A DNA stretch of 17,923 bases from Candidatus Krumholzibacteriota bacterium (lineage in GTDB: Bacteria; Krumholzibacteriota; Krumholzibacteriia; JAJRXK01). Position 1 is the first letter of the stretch; each line of letters begins with the position of its first letter. This document shows positions 17,220 through 17,923 of the stretch, piece after piece. Location: NCBI GenBank assembly GCA_963806035.1, contig CAWDWO010000018.1, positions 1 through 17,923 of the forward strand, given 5' to 3'. Under the pieces are notes generated by a model, which did not search any database, was not told the DNA's origin, and was given only the letters and a program-made list of their open reading frames with translations. The translations under genes and the position numbers were made by a program.

Positions 17220-17923
17220 ATGTCGCAGGCGCAGGCCTAGCTGAGTGGACGGCGCCGCCGCTAGTCTTCCGCCTCGTTGCTCCGATCGCCATTAGGGGCG
17301 CTTCAGGCCGCGCGCGCGGTCAACGCGGGTGTTTTTCAGGGTCTGGGCGTGGCACTTGCAGCGCCGCTTTTTCCAGGACGGGAGGGGCAGGACCGGTCTG
17401 GCAGTAGTACTTCGATGCAGGGCGCAAGGGCACCCGCAATCAGATCTACCCCCGAGGATTGCAAAGCGAACCCGCGGTGAGCCGCCGGAGGTTCTCGCCG
17501 GTACAATTAGATGTCTGTCCTTACACTAGCCAGAGGCCATGGGAGATCCAGCCTTTTCCTAAGAGAGAAGGACTTGTGAGGAGGCGGTGCTAACTTGTGG
17601 CCAGCATGGCCCGCTCGGCCACCTCGGAAAGGGGGTTGCGAAACCCGGAGCTCCATTGCAGGCCGCCGGGGACGAGGTTGCTCTCGCCAAGTCCTCAGAC
17701 CAACTAGAGTGTTGCAGCCTGGGCAGAGGCCATGGCTGCGAGGAGCGGAAGGGAAGTACAGCCTAGCTTGGGCGTTCAGCTAGCGGGCCAGGTCAGTGGG
17801 GATCTCCTGGCTCTGATGGAGACGGCTGAGCAGCAGCATTGCCCGGCGTCCCGGCGTGCGGGCAGAAAGAAGTACGATGCGCTGCTCGCTGCCTTCGAGA
17901 CACTACTGGAGCGCCATCTACAA
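17220..17923 (+). pseudogene. 5'-3' exonuclease (DNA polymerase I N-terminal/flap endonuclease type), frameshifted, runs off the window end
   Basis: Ordered fragments after ATG 17220: VDG..LVFR, VNA, FDA, RNQIYP, KAN(R)..EPPE, EAMG, LGV, DLLALM/(G)D...PGVPGV...ALLAAFETL...AIY. The last part matches the H3TH motif D.LAL.GD.SDNIPGVPGVG. Confidence 0.75.

Noticed and set aside
12013..17923. Programmed frameshifting, recoding or alternative genetic code as the explanation for broken genes
   Set aside because: Indels are too dense and irregular, lack slippery motifs, and the left-hand genes translate normally with the standard code.
1..17923. CRISPR arrays, tRNA/rRNA, IS elements, phage or defence genes
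   Set aside because: No regularly spaced direct repeats, RNA gene signatures, or transposase, integrase or defence motifs were seen by eye.

Overview
GC-rich bacterial DNA in two parts. Left (1 to ~11.7 kb) is mostly clean sequence encoding a cell-surface/exopolysaccharide locus: a 5'-truncated SdrD-B/NigD-like protein, a 1509-aa secreted protein (YetA/PcRGLX PL26-like lyase module, three Cys-bracketed Ig repeats, FN3-like domain, T9SS/FlgD-like tail), a GT2, an O-antigen ligase-family protein, two GT4s and a hexapeptide O-acetyltransferase. Each of the three minus-strand units of this locus is preceded by a sigma-54-like -24/-12 element. From ~11.24 kb, and severely from ~12 kb, the sequence is riddled with indels, most likely low-coverage long-read error. 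Stitching frames by eye still reveals a FabL-like SDR, an aldehyde dehydrogenase, a PaaG-like crotonase, a half-size BoxC-like crotonase, an unidentified ORF and a Pol I-type 5'-3' exonuclease. No RNA genes, CRISPR arrays or mobile elements were seen. All family assignments come from motif recognition, not database searches.
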